Sequence record: OM718002.1
DNA: 64,000 nt
Reading direction: 5' to 3' (one strand)
Shown here in pieces: positions 40,949-50,432 of the stretch (position 1 is its first letter; every line of letters starts with the position of its first letter). The position numbers and the translations under genes were made by a program. The notes beneath the pieces were generated by a model that saw only the letters and a list, made by a program, of their open reading frames with translations, was not told the DNA's origin and searched no databases.

Positions 40949-41341
40949 TTATTTTAAGACACCTGCCTTGTAACCTTTAACAACATTTCTAGCTTCTAAC
41001 ACACTGATCTCGCCAATGTGTTTACGCAGTGCTGTAATAGCATTGATGGTGGGTTCATTATCTGCGATATGGCGCCAGTTTCCCTTACCCCTAATAAGTT
41101 CAACATCCTGGACATATAGACCATCTTTAACTAGATCCATTGTTTCCACCAACTTTTCGACTTCTTTAGTTAGATGAGTATGAAGACTGGCGAGGGACAT
41201 GTCAGTCATTTGATGCACGTCATAGAGAAAATCTCTATTATCAGAAGACGATAAAATCTCTTTGACTAGTTTATTTACAGTGTCGATGTTTGCTGCAATT
41301 GAAATTAGCAGCCCGGCATATTTCTCTGCGTTATAATTCAT
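40949..41341 (-). CDS. Hypothetical early protein
   Basis: 130 aa; SD GGGG. Confidence 0.7.
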   Translation of the reverse strand: MNYNAEKYAGLLISIAANIDTVNKLVKEILSSSDNRDFLYDVHQMTDMSLASLHTHLTKEVEKLVETMDLVKDGLYVQDVELIRGKGNWRHIADNEPTINAITALRKHIGEISVLEARNVVKGYKAGVLK

Positions 41342-41369
41342 TAATACATACCCCTATTTAAAATTGGAT

Positions 41370-41513
41370 TTAGTGCAATGCAGTAATACTGCGAATATCT
41401 AATTCATGTAAATCATATTTCTTTAGGAACTCATTCACCGCTTGCTGAATGGTGTACCCACTCGGAGATTCCCACTGAGTACCATTAAAAGCAATAATAC
41501 GATAACCTACCAT
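41370..41513 (-). CDS. Small protein missed by the ORF track (47 aa, MVGYRIIAFNGTQWESPSG...)
   Basis: SD GAGGA with good spacing; fills an intergenic gap. Confidence 0.6.
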   Translation of the reverse strand: MVGYRIIAFNGTQWESPSGYTIQQAVNEFLKKYDLHELDIRSITALH

Positions 41514-41569
41514 TTTTTATTCCTCTAATCACAAAATAAATACCCTCCCGAAGGAGGGTATTTATATCG

Positions 41570-42048
41570 TTACCAATTGATTACAGCGACAAACTCAAAT
41601 ACCCGACACAATTCTTTATCACGATGGGCATGATGAAAAGATTTACCTTCAATACCGCAATACGGATAAAACAATTTTCGGTGTTCCGTGTCGCCGAACC
41701 AGAAGGTGGTGTTATTGGAATCAACCACACCATGGATAGCCACATCACGATGTACTGAAATACATGAACTGCCTTATCAGTGATCACTCGCAGTTCTACA
41801 CCGTGTTCCTTCATCATAGCCAGGATGTCTTCCTTGGTGTAATCTGCTTGTTCAGCATTGGTCATGATCTTGTGAGTCAGAGAACGCTTTTCCTTGTCAC
41901 CGAAACAGATACAGACCAATTGCACCAACTGACCTTCTACCTTGAGACCACTGGTCGGTTTTAGTAGAACGAACTCATCATATTTGTAATCATTGGTGAC
42001 AATCAGTGCCGACTTATTGCGAGTGACAATGCCTAGGTTATACGACAT
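41570..42048 (-). pseudogene. Hypothetical protein with a probable frameshift near 41770
   Basis: The C-terminus of the called ORF looks off-frame; an alternative frame is open to 41570 with typical codons. Confidence 0.45.
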
Positions 42049-42060
42049 AATTAATCTTCC

Positions 42061-43062
42061 TCATTTTAGAATATGTTGAACCTTGTGGATGTCTTCCAGG
42101 CTATGACCAAGACCAGTGGCTTTGTAAGAATGTTCCTGATCAACACGCTTGTGATATGCAAGCAGTGCATCTACTGGATGTTCAGCGAAGAAGTATTCAG
42201 TGTTGTTGCAGTCCCAAGCGAACTCCCATTCACCATCACGAATCTCTATTTTGTTAGCACTGAGGTAAGTGATATTGATGGTATTTACAGTGGCATTACC
42301 ACCAATGAGGTAGTACGATCCTTCATTGCTACGAACATCGATCCTGCCGCCATCGATAGTATCCTGATAGTAGAAACCACGGTCGAAGAATAACTTCAGC
42401 ATCGAAGTGAAGTAGCTGTTCAATACAGCTTGAGCATCTTTCTCTTCGACCACCCATTTTCCATCAACGATGTTATTCAGGTAATTACGATCATGATTGA
42501 TCCCGACATTATCCACGATGTCAGCGTAGTTCTTATGGAACTTAGCAATCTCGTACAAACGTTCCAGAGCAGCAAAACGGAAAGGGCTGGTGGGATGCAG
42601 AGCCAGAATGATCCGACCTACGCTCCACAAACCGGTCCCGTTGACCTCGTAACTTTCTTCGAGGTAACCTTTGATACCACAGTTAACTTCAAGTTCATCT
42701 GCTGGGAAACCGGTGCGGAGCCGCCTACGGATAGCCAATAGTACCGATTCGGATTCTTCCGGATCGAACAGGTCTATGCCGAAAGTAATCCAGCTACCAC
42801 GTACTTTGTGCTGGTATGCCAGGCGTACAGTATCACCGAATGGAGAAATGAACCAGCGTTCGTCTTCCGATACGACCAAATGGCAACCACATTGCCACAG
42901 GGTACTTAGAGGATCGTTAGAGGCGAGAATGCGCTTGGTGTCGTTCATATCCGACGAAGTAGCATCTGGACTGCCATGTAGGTGTGTCAGAATAAACAGA
43001 AGCGATGATTCTGTAGTTTGAGCACTCAACATTGCGCGAGTGATGGTTGCATTGATGATCAT
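42061..43062 (-). CDS. Hypothetical early protein (333 aa)
   Basis: Long ORF; SD AAGGAAG; GC-richer codons. Confidence 0.8.
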   Translation of the reverse strand: MIINATITRAMLSAQTTESSLLFILTHLHGSPDATSSDMNDTKRILASNDPLSTLWQCGCHLVVSEDERWFISPFGDTVRLAYQHKVRGSWITFGIDLFDPEESESVLLAIRRRLRTGFPADELEVNCGIKGYLEESYEVNGTGLWSVGRIILALHPTSPFRFAALERLYEIAKFHKNYADIVDNVGINHDRNYLNNIVDGKWVVEEKDAQAVLNSYFTSMLKLFFDRGFYYQDTIDGGRIDVRSNEGSYYLIGGNATVNTINITYLSANKIEIRDGEWEFAWDCNNTEYFFAEHPVDALLAYHKRVDQEHSYKATGLGHSLEDIHKVQHILK

Positions 43063-43166
43063 GAGATATCTTCCTTTTTACAGTTTATGAATATATTGCT
43101 AAATAAAAAAATATTACGATGTAGAAAATAAAAGGGAGTCCGAAGACTCCCATTATTGCGTGTAAT

Positions 43167-44279
43167 CTATTTGATGATAACCGCTTTAGAAAGAGTTTCC
43201 ATACTTCCAATAACTAATTTGGATTTCTCTTCTTCAGGGTTCCCCATTGCTTCACGCAGGAGTTCACCAATAGTTTTGGGTTGAACATCATCACTGATTT
43301 CACGCGAGCATGCCGAGTCGTCGTACATATCAAACACATTCAGATCATCATCATCCAGGGGCGTGCTGTCATTCCATGAATAGCTTGATTCATCCGAGGT
43401 ATCATCAGACTCACCATACTGTTCACTGAGGTCACGGTCCAGTTCAGCCTCATACATCTCGCTAATTGCTTTATCGTCTTCTTCTTGCGCCTTACGACGA
43501 GAAGTCTTGTAGAACGGAAGCAGGCGTTGCAGGACTTTATGGAACTTCTTCTTGCTGATCAACCAGCTAACAGAGTAGCGAGACAGCTTTACTTCAGCTG
43601 CTTTGATAGTCGGATCGGAGTACAGCGCCATGACTAGCTTGTCCAGTTTGTGCAGATGATCTTTAAACGAGTTTGCATAAGCAGGATGTTCCCGAAGAGT
43701 GAACATCACAAACGAACGCATGTCAGTGATATAGTACTGACTGTGATGTTTGTTGATTTCGATGTATACCGGATCTACTGCGCGGTTATAATCGAATTCC
43801 TCTGCCCAGGTAAGGCTACGTACTTTAGTAGGACGAGGACCTTCTGCCCAACGAACAGTCGGATGTTTCTCACGGATGTTCCAACCATGATTGCGATCAT
43901 ACTCAGTTGACTCTTCTTTGAACCAGGTGAAATTACCTTCACCGCGCGATACAATACCACGGCACCAACTGACGTTGATTGCCTTGTTACGGCTTTCAGT
44001 AAGATCACAGGGCATGTCCAGAATAGCGACATAACTGTTATGACCATTGGCCACAACGCCGAGAACAGTAGCTTCGAATGTCTCGTAGCGCTGTCCAGGA
44101 TACACACGTTCATTCTCATCCAGGTAACGAAGGGAGCAGGATTCGAAGATAGCACGAGTACCGGCAGGGAAATGGGCACGACCGAAAGGTTGTTCGGCCT
44201 TTCTTTCTTTACGACGGCTGATAACCCATTCCAGTTTTTCTTTGGTCAGACGGGTTACGGGTTCACGATACTGTTTCAT
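43167..44279 (-). CDS. Early protein, candidate homolog of the phiKZ014 ribosome-binding factor
   Basis: 370 aa; basic N-terminus and acidic disordered tail. Assignment from size and position only. Confidence 0.5.
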   Translation of the reverse strand: MKQYREPVTRLTKEKLEWVISRRKERKAEQPFGRAHFPAGTRAIFESCSLRYLDENERVYPGQRYETFEATVLGVVANGHNSYVAILDMPCDLTESRNKAINVSWCRGIVSRGEGNFTWFKEESTEYDRNHGWNIREKHPTVRWAEGPRPTKVRSLTWAEEFDYNRAVDPVYIEINKHHSQYYITDMRSFVMFTLREHPAYANSFKDHLHKLDKLVMALYSDPTIKAAEVKLSRYSVSWLISKKKFHKVLQRLLPFYKTSRRKAQEEDDKAISEMYEAELDRDLSEQYGESDDTSDESSYSWNDSTPLDDDDLNVFDMYDDSACSREISDDVQPKTIGELLREAMGNPEEEKSKLVIGSMETLSKAVIIK

Positions 44280-44373
44280 GGTAATTTCCTTTTTACGATT
44301 GATTGGGTTGAGTACATCTCAATGCATCCTTTTCAAGACGCATTGAGATGGGGTCTCCGAAGAGACCCATCTA

Positions 44374-44976
44374 TTATTCCTGGGTCAATTCCCCAAGACG
44401 ACCTTCGGCTTTCATGCGACGGATTTCCGAGATGGATTTACCGTACATTTTGGCCAGTTCTTTCACAGTACCTTCAGGCACAGGTTTGTTCATGTCGCGG
44501 AAGTTCTGCTTAGCGATATTGTAACGCTGATGTTGAAGAGTCTTCAGTTCCGAACGTACCAGAGCGTTACCGGCACATTGGGAAATGAATGTAACCATGA
44601 AGGTCTTCAGCTTGTCACGGTAGACGTTGATCCAAGCACAGGACTCATCCACGTGGATGTTCTTGTACTCGGAAACCTTGGCGTATTCCAGCAGGCCGAC
44701 GGCATCGGGACCTTCGTCCTGATAGACCATCTTGTTGAACAGGCCCAGGGCGATATCGGAGGAACGCTCACCTTTTATGAAGGCGATGGCGTCTTCGATG
44801 ATCTTGGTTTCCAGGTCTTTGTACTTGACCGGGTCGTTCTTGATCAACAGTAGCATGGCGTCGACCTTAACAGTCAAACCCATGTCGGCACCGCGTCGAT
44901 CGATCAACTCGTTGTGCTGTTTCTGTGTGAACACGGGATCCATGTTCTTGAAAGCTTTCAGGAGACGCTGTTCCAT
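44374..44976 (-). CDS. Early protein with a C-terminal HTH-like motif
   Basis: VKELAKMYGKSISEIRRMKAEG. Confidence 0.7.
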   Translation of the reverse strand: MEQRLLKAFKNMDPVFTQKQHNELIDRRGADMGLTVKVDAMLLLIKNDPVKYKDLETKIIEDAIAFIKGERSSDIALGLFNKMVYQDEGPDAVGLLEYAKVSEYKNIHVDESCAWINVYRDKLKTFMVTFISQCAGNALVRSELKTLQHQRYNIAKQNFRDMNKPVPEGTVKELAKMYGKSISEIRRMKAEGRLGELTQE

Positions 44977-45153
44977 TTACTTGTCCTCTTTGACGTTGAA
45001 TGCGTACATGGTGCATTTCGGCTTAGCCGGGTGTTGGCACCACTCTTTAGATACATTGCCCTCAGGTTTAGTGAGATCGTAATAGAACTCACCACCTGCG
45101 GCAGCGATACCCATCAGTACTGCAATGAATCCCATTCCGATCTTTACTTTCAT
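44977..45153 (-). CDS. Small membrane/secreted protein missed by the ORF track (58 aa)
   Basis: MKVKIGMGFIAVLMGIAAAGG signal-like segment; ATGA overlap upstream; its stop abuts the next ATG. Confidence 0.7.
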   Translation of the reverse strand: MKVKIGMGFIAVLMGIAAAGGEFYYDLTKPEGNVSKEWCQHPAKPKCTMYAFNVKEDK

Positions 45154-45548
45154 TTGGCAATGATCCGTTGTACGAAGTGTTGAAGGTTGGCTACCAGGCG
45201 TTCGAATTCTTCTTCGGTTACCTGGTCACGATGCGATTCCAGAAGTACTTCTACTTCCGGCAGGACGTTCATGGCGATATCCAACTGGATACGGCTGATG
45301 AACTCTTCCGTTGTGATATTGCGATCACGACGAATACGACTTACCAGCTTGCGATGTTGTTCGCTGTTGCGGTAGGTCGAGATCTTATCGATCAGGATGT
45401 CCGAGATACTGTTTTCGATCTGTTGTACTTCGGTCGGGCCTTCCTCTTTGTAAGTTGCCTTTACTGCCAGAATAGCTGCTACTGCGGTAGAGGTAACAGC
45501 AACTACAATGAGACCGAGTCCCAGTGCATTTTCTTTAATGAAGTTCAT
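45150..45548 (-). CDS. N-terminally membrane-anchored early protein
   Basis: Hydrophobic residues 8-29. Confidence 0.7.
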   Translation of the reverse strand: MNFIKENALGLGLIVVAVTSTAVAAILAVKATYKEEGPTEVQQIENSISDILIDKISTYRNSEQHRKLVSRIRRDRNITTEEFISRIQLDIAMNVLPEVEVLLESHRDQVTEEEFERLVANLQHFVQRIIAK

Positions 45549-45553
45549 GATTA

Positions 45554-45895
45554 TTACCCTTTCAGAGTAGCATCCGAATTGAAGACATCGGGACCAACCG
45601 AGAGACTTCCCAGAAGATCCGGAGCAAGGTAAACGGAGTTGAGGGTTTCGTATACACCGGTAACAGTATCTACGTTAACCAGACTAGAACTACGCAGGGG
45701 TACCCATTCACCGTTAAGGAAGGTTTCGCCGACCAGTACACGAACACCATCTACGTCAGTGCGGTTCGGCCATAGATCCTTACCTTCTACTATTTCTACG
45801 TTACGAGCATGGTAGACTAGTTTACCATTCATGCGAGCAACGATATTCGGACGGCGCAAGTCGTCGACTACTTTAATTGCTACGGACTCTTCCAT
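45554..45895 (-). CDS. Hypothetical early protein
   Basis: 113 aa. Confidence 0.7.
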   Translation of the reverse strand: MEESVAIKVVDDLRRPNIVARMNGKLVYHARNVEIVEGKDLWPNRTDVDGVRVLVGETFLNGEWVPLRSSSLVNVDTVTGVYETLNSVYLAPDLLGSLSVGPDVFNSDATLKG

Positions 45896-45909
45896 TTTTA
45901 TACCCTTAT

Positions 45910-46260
45910 TTACACTAAATAATTTACAACACGCAGATTATCTTCAGAAGAATAGTTCCAAAGAATTTTACCATAGGTAATTCCATCTAACCATATTTCA
46001 ATATGTTCTTTCTTAAGATCTGGAATACCCTGATTTATTTCTTCACCAATAATATCTCTATCGGCAGTAAGGTGATATAATGGTGTGCCGTCGCAATCAC
46101 GTCCATACCCAAAAACATAAAGACGGGCGCCTGAATGCACATCTTCTACCAACTCACCAATAGCGATATTATGGTTTTTAGCCAAATTATTCTCACGTAC
46201 AGTTTTGCCATTTTCTTCAACAAGATCGCAGACGAGGATGACTACATTATCTTTAAGCAT
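45910..46260 (-). CDS. Hypothetical early protein
   Basis: 116 aa; SD GGAG. Confidence 0.7.
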   Translation of the reverse strand: MLKDNVVILVCDLVEENGKTVRENNLAKNHNIAIGELVEDVHSGARLYVFGYGRDCDGTPLYHLTADRDIIGEEINQGIPDLKKEHIEIWLDGITYGKILWNYSSEDNLRVVNYLV

Positions 46261-46286
46261 AATTATTCTCCATTTAATAGCGGTGA

Positions 46287-46442
46287 TTATTTGGTAACGA
46301 GAATTTCAACGCCATTAGGGGCGATGCGATGACCCAGTACAACTTCTTCTTGAGCAGTAGTCTTAGAACCATTGTCATAGTTGGCATTGATGAACAGACC
46401 ACCGAATACCATACCAACGACAACCAGGGCAATTGCTTTCAT
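46287..46442 (-). CDS. Small membrane protein missed by the ORF track (51 aa)
   Basis: MKAIALVVVGMVFGGLFI; SD AAAGGA. Confidence 0.7.
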   Translation of the reverse strand: MKAIALVVVGMVFGGLFINANYDNGSKTTAQEEVVLGHRIAPNGVEILVTK

Positions 46443-46495
46443 GATGATTTCCTTTGATTAGACTGCTTCGAGGTTATTGAGATAAGCTATCGGTA

Positions 46496-46756
46496 TTACA
46501 TATCGTGCAGATAGGTCTCATCAACGATGGCACGGGCCAGCTCAATGAGGCTATCTTCATCAACAACAATGTTACCATCTTTCCAAGTAGCACTATGGGA
46601 CAACCAGTTACGGTAATCTTGACCTCGTACAGGATTGATGCATACCTGACGAGTAGCTGCATCACGGTCACCACGGAAACCCATGATAGCACGTGCACGG
46701 CGGATTGCTTCTTTCTCCAAGTCTTCGTCAGATTTGAAAGTCAGGAAAGTTGCCAT
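46496..46756 (-). CDS. Hypothetical early protein
   Basis: 86 aa; SD AAGGA; first gene after an early promoter. Confidence 0.75.
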   Translation of the reverse strand: MATFLTFKSDEDLEKEAIRRARAIMGFRGDRDAATRQVCINPVRGQDYRNWLSHSATWKDGNIVVDEDSLIELARAIVDETYLHDM

Positions 46757-46789
46757 GGTTTGATTCCTTTTTACTAATTTAATAGGTTT

Positions 46790-46832
46790 AATTACACTTT
46801 TGTAATATACTGTTTAAATAGGTTTGAATGTA
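46790..46832 (-). promoter_or_regulatory. Early promoter of the repeated ~40-bp class
   Basis: ATTCAAACCTATTTAAAnnGTATATTACAAAAGTGTAATT; near-identical copy at 48770-48810 and a looser copy at 48272-48307. Confidence 0.8.
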
Positions 46833-46836
46833 TTTT

Positions 46837-47181
46837 TTATTTCCATATCCGACAATAGTCATCTACATGTCGAGTGATTTCAGCAACAGCACGTAGTCGC
46901 CTACGACCTGTCAATTTAGAACAATGTTTATTAATTAGTGAATCAACAGCCTTGCGCAGTTTAACACAACGTTCTTCATTGGGTATATCTTGTTCGATAA
47001 ACGTGCTGGTTAGTTTTTGAATCTCTACATGTATTTTTTTACATGCATCTGTAGCAGCTCTTTCTTCACTTAACTTGTCATATGCCTCTACTAATTTAAT
47101 TATAGCAGTGGTAACAGTGGTGGCGGTTACAAGAATTTGAATACCATTGATAAAGTTCTTATTAAACATTATAAACTCCAA
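46837..47181 (-). CDS. Early protein with a hydrophobic N-terminus
   Basis: 114 aa. Confidence 0.65.
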   Translation of the reverse strand: MEFIMFNKNFINGIQILVTATTVTTAIIKLVEAYDKLSEERAATDACKKIHVEIQKLTSTFIEQDIPNEERCVKLRKAVDSLINKHCSKLTGRRRLRAVAEITRHVDDYCRIWK

Positions 47182-47247
47182 TTACTATATTAAAAAAATA
47201 TGTGCGTATTAATAATAAAGCCCTCCCCGAAGGGAGGGTGTATTTCA

Positions 47248-47457
47248 TTAGGTGGAACCATACATTCTTTCAAAGTTGTTTACATCACAACCTGAGTAGT
47301 GTGTTGCTGAACCACCTGAGTTATTATCTATAATCTTGACTATCACCTCATCAGATTCGACATAAACGTGCATCGTATCACGAATGGAACAAACATGATC
47401 GCCCCGAGAACGTATAAATGCAGATACAGCTTCACTACTAATCTTTTGCTCAGTCAT
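47248..47457 (-). CDS. Small hypothetical protein
   Basis: 69 aa; followed by a terminator. Confidence 0.6.
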   Translation of the reverse strand: MTEQKISSEAVSAFIRSRGDHVCSIRDTMHVYVESDEVIVKIIDNNSGGSATHYSGCDVNNFERMYGST

Positions 47458-47459
47458 TA

Positions 47460-47717
47460 TTATTTACTCGATTTATTCCAGTTAAAATTATCTTTTGCAT
47501 TTTTAGTGAAGAACCCGTCACCCCAACCAAACGAGTATCTAAAGTCCTTGACTACACCAGCATCTGAATCGATAACTTTATATTCGATGACTTTATCGCT
47601 ATTTTCCAGAATGACTAAGATTGCGATAAGATCTTTAGGATTACCTACAGTCAGTTCATGTCTTTCAGACTCGTCTCTGTGGATAACTATATACATGGTA
47701 TTTAATTCTCCATTCAT
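47460..47717 (-). CDS. Small hypothetical protein
   Basis: 85 aa; coupled to the upstream gene. Confidence 0.6.
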   Translation of the reverse strand: MNGELNTMYIVIHRDESERHELTVGNPKDLIAILVILENSDKVIEYKVIDSDAGVVKDFRYSFGWGDGFFTKNAKDNFNWNKSSK

Positions 47718-48229
47718 TCCCAGCTAGTTACAGGGAGTTCGAAGGTTTCACACAAGTCGAGTACCTTCCGATGTTCTAGGTTATTTTCAGGATAGAAGGT
47801 AATAAGTGTAGTCGGACTACCCCAATTAACACGACATCCAGTTTCTTTATGGATTTCACCAAGTGCAACATACGCACCTGCCCCATCTGCATAACCCATT
47901 TGATTAGGGTTAATGCAGATTTGAGTAAAGCGCTCCACCAATACTCGATTAATAGTGACGGTCAAGAGACGAACGAACTCACGGGTCTTTTCGATATCAT
48001 CTACCCAGAATTCCAGAAGGATCCATTTCCCATGAGGGTTATCATGTCCACCCTGGAAGAATACACTGAAACCTTCTTTTGCTTTATAAAACTCGTGATT
48101 GGTGATGTTGCATTCAACCATTTGTTTCACTGCATGCCATACACGCTCGGTGACATAATCACCATAAAGTTCGATGCAGTGACCACGGCCAGGAAATTGT
48201 TCTTTTTTAGCAAATTTAATTTCGAACAT
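47714..48229 (-). CDS. Hypothetical early protein
   Basis: 171 aa; SD AAGGA; TATATTAC at 48276-48283. Confidence 0.75.
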   Translation of the reverse strand: MFEIKFAKKEQFPGRGHCIELYGDYVTERVWHAVKQMVECNITNHEFYKAKEGFSVFFQGGHDNPHGKWILLEFWVDDIEKTREFVRLLTVTINRVLVERFTQICINPNQMGYADGAGAYVALGEIHKETGCRVNWGSPTTLITFYPENNLEHRKVLDLCETFELPVTSWE

Positions 48230-48323
48230 GGTATAGATTCCTTTTTACATTAATTAAAGGTTTAATATCAAGTTTGTAATATACGCTTTAAAATGGTTTG
48301 AATGTATTATCAGTAGGGAAGGG

Positions 48324-48728
48324 TTACCCTTTTAACTTTTTAATACTATTGGATAAGTACATGACACTACGGAAAATTTTGAATCTTGAAAAGTATTCAC
48401 GTACTTCTTTTTTAGTCAATACAAGTCTTCCATCTTTGTTTACATTATCACCAAAGACAATTTCCTGAGTATTTTTCCATAAAGATCTATAAAGATAACA
48501 TCCGTGTGGTGCATCATACCAATCATAGATCTTAAGTTCAAATTCAACTTTGTCGACAATATCGTTATCAAATAAAATAATATTTCCTTTACTATTTAAT
48601 TCCATTAACTCATTTGCACAACTTATTGCAAACTCAACCGCTGCCCAGGTCCTACTACCACTGAACATATCTTTATTTAATTTACTTAGATCGATAGCAT
48701 TATAAGTTGTTTTCTTAGGTTTCTTCAT
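48324..48728 (-). CDS. Hypothetical early protein
   Basis: 134 aa; SD GGAG; TATATTAC at 48781-48788. Confidence 0.75.
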   Translation of the reverse strand: MKKPKKTTYNAIDLSKLNKDMFSGSRTWAAVEFAISCANELMELNSKGNIILFDNDIVDKVEFELKIYDWYDAPHGCYLYRSLWKNTQEIVFGDNVNKDGRLVLTKKEVREYFSRFKIFRSVMYLSNSIKKLKG

Positions 48729-48845
48729 GGACTGTACTCTCCAATAATAAATAGAATAATCTATATTTAATTACACTTTTGTAATATACCCTTTAAATAG
48801 GTTTGAATACATGACATAAAGCCTTCCCTAATGGGAAGGCTATTA

Positions 48846-49367
48846 TTATGTTTTAATCCAACGTGTATATTTACACAAATCTGTTTCTTTAATAATGGTT
48901 GATTTCCATTTATCCCATTTAATGATTTCTTTAGGGAAATAAACACAACTACTATTATCGATTTCCATCTTGACAGTAGTAATGTACATTTCGTCTAAAA
49001 TATCCTTTTTAATGGCTTCTTTATAAAGTTGAGAACCACCAATGACCCATACATCCTTTTTAGTTTCTTTACTAAAATGATCAGCATATACAAGAGCCGC
49101 ATCCAGATTGGGAAGTACACCTAATTTATTATCACAGGATACTGGGTAATTACCGTTACGATATAAACTTGATGATACAACAATATTATTACGATTAGGC
49201 AGTGGTTTACTACCTAAGGATAAGAAAGTATTCTTACCCATAATAACACAACAACCAGTTGTCATTTCTTTAAAGAAAGCTAAGTCTTCGGGTATATGCC
49301 AAGGTAATAGATTATTATACCCGATGACACCATTAAGATCGTGTGCGACAATTAATTTAATAGCCAT
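48846..49367 (-). CDS. folA: Dihydrofolate reductase
   Basis: IVAHDLNGVIG...LPWHIPEDLAFFKEMTTG..VIMGKNTF.S...PLPNRNNIVVS; VIGGSQLY. Confidence 0.95.
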   Translation of the reverse strand: MAIKLIVAHDLNGVIGYNNLLPWHIPEDLAFFKEMTTGCCVIMGKNTFLSLGSKPLPNRNNIVVSSSLYRNGNYPVSCDNKLGVLPNLDAALVYADHFSKETKKDVWVIGGSQLYKEAIKKDILDEMYITTVKMEIDNSSCVYFPKEIIKWDKWKSTIIKETDLCKYTRWIKT

Positions 49368-49873
49368 TAATTTTCCTTAGGCCAGAATTTACAAGTAACT
49401 TCATTATCTTTAAATTCAATAGCCCAACTACAGCAAGTGAAATTAGTTTTAAACTTAAATGTAGACGCTAATAGGTAATTAATTTGAGCCATTTGTAATA
49501 GCGTTAATTCGCCGTATACTTTCTCATCAATTAATACACCGGGTCTTTTATGTTTAATAACTAATTCATTCAGCTTAATATCTTGTTCAATATAAAGGTA
49601 TTCTACTTCGCCTTTTTCTAGTATGGGTATGTCCCAAAGGATCAGACTAATCTGCTGTGTGAATTCTTCAATACTAGTTGTAATATCTAGTCCTTCATAA
49701 CCTATCAATAGATTTATAAGTACTTGTAGACTAATCAGATTAACAGGTAAGTCTTTTAAATCGTCTTCTTTAATAGTTGTTCTAAAATAAACAGTGCCAT
49801 CTAAGTTTTTAACTAATAATCTATTTAATAGATGATTGACTTCTGATTTAATCTGATAATCCAGTTTGATCAT
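49367..49873 (-). CDS. Hypothetical protein (gp3-like)
   Basis: 168 aa; TAATG coupling to DHFR. Confidence 0.7.
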   Translation of the reverse strand: MIKLDYQIKSEVNHLLNRLLVKNLDGTVYFRTTIKEDDLKDLPVNLISLQVLINLLIGYEGLDITTSIEEFTQQISLILWDIPILEKGEVEYLYIEQDIKLNELVIKHKRPGVLIDEKVYGELTLLQMAQINYLLASTFKFKTNFTCCSWAIEFKDNEVTCKFWPKEN

Positions 49874-50432
49874 TAGCTAACTCCTTGAGTCTAGTCATGC
49901 CATTACTAACTTCAATAATGTAACTAAAGTCAAAACTATATTTCATCATTTTGAATTCTTCTTTAAAGTTAGCGATATTTCCAGACAGAGCAATTTGTTC
50001 AAATCGACTAAAATCAGTGATAGTTTCATCAAACATTAGTTCTCTTGCGGTAATATCTGGATCATAGTTAGGATGATCAACTACAGTACCTTCATGATTT
50101 AAAGTGCCTTGAAAATTCAAAGTCTTCTTAACATGATCTACAGTTATTTTCCAGCTAGTTGCAATATACCGAGCTTTAACTAAATTAGGAGCATACCTGT
50201 AAATACACCATTGTAGTGGGGTGCCAACAGTTTGCGTATCATGCGTGGCTTTTATAACTTTAATAAAATTCTCAAGTTGATCAAATGTAACATTCCTAGT
50301 TACACCATCATTAGTGGTTATATTAAGAGATGGTCGAAGACCAGTACCAAGATCATTGGTGATGATTATATCCTCAACTAAAGCTTCATATAACTTTAGT
50401 CCTTCTTTTCTGGATCCAACATCATTACCCAT
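49848..50432 (-). CDS. gp2-like protein; candidate ChmB (chimallin-interacting) by gene order
   Basis: 194 aa, second gene of the operon ending in DHFR. Assignment by synteny only. Confidence 0.45.
   Translation of the reverse strand: MGNDVGSRKEGLKLYEALVEDIIITNDLGTGLRPSLNITTNDGVTRNVTFDQLENFIKVIKATHDTQTVGTPLQWCIYRYAPNLVKARYIATSWKITVDHVKKTLNFQGTLNHEGTVVDHPNYDPDITARELMFDETITDFSRFEQIALSGNIANFKEEFKMMKYSFDFSYIIEVSNGMTRLKELANDQTGLSD

Noticed and set aside
42073-45632. Many plus-strand ORFs of 60-157 aa in the early region
   Set aside because: They are antisense shadows of the GC-richer minus-strand genes and lack SD sequences.
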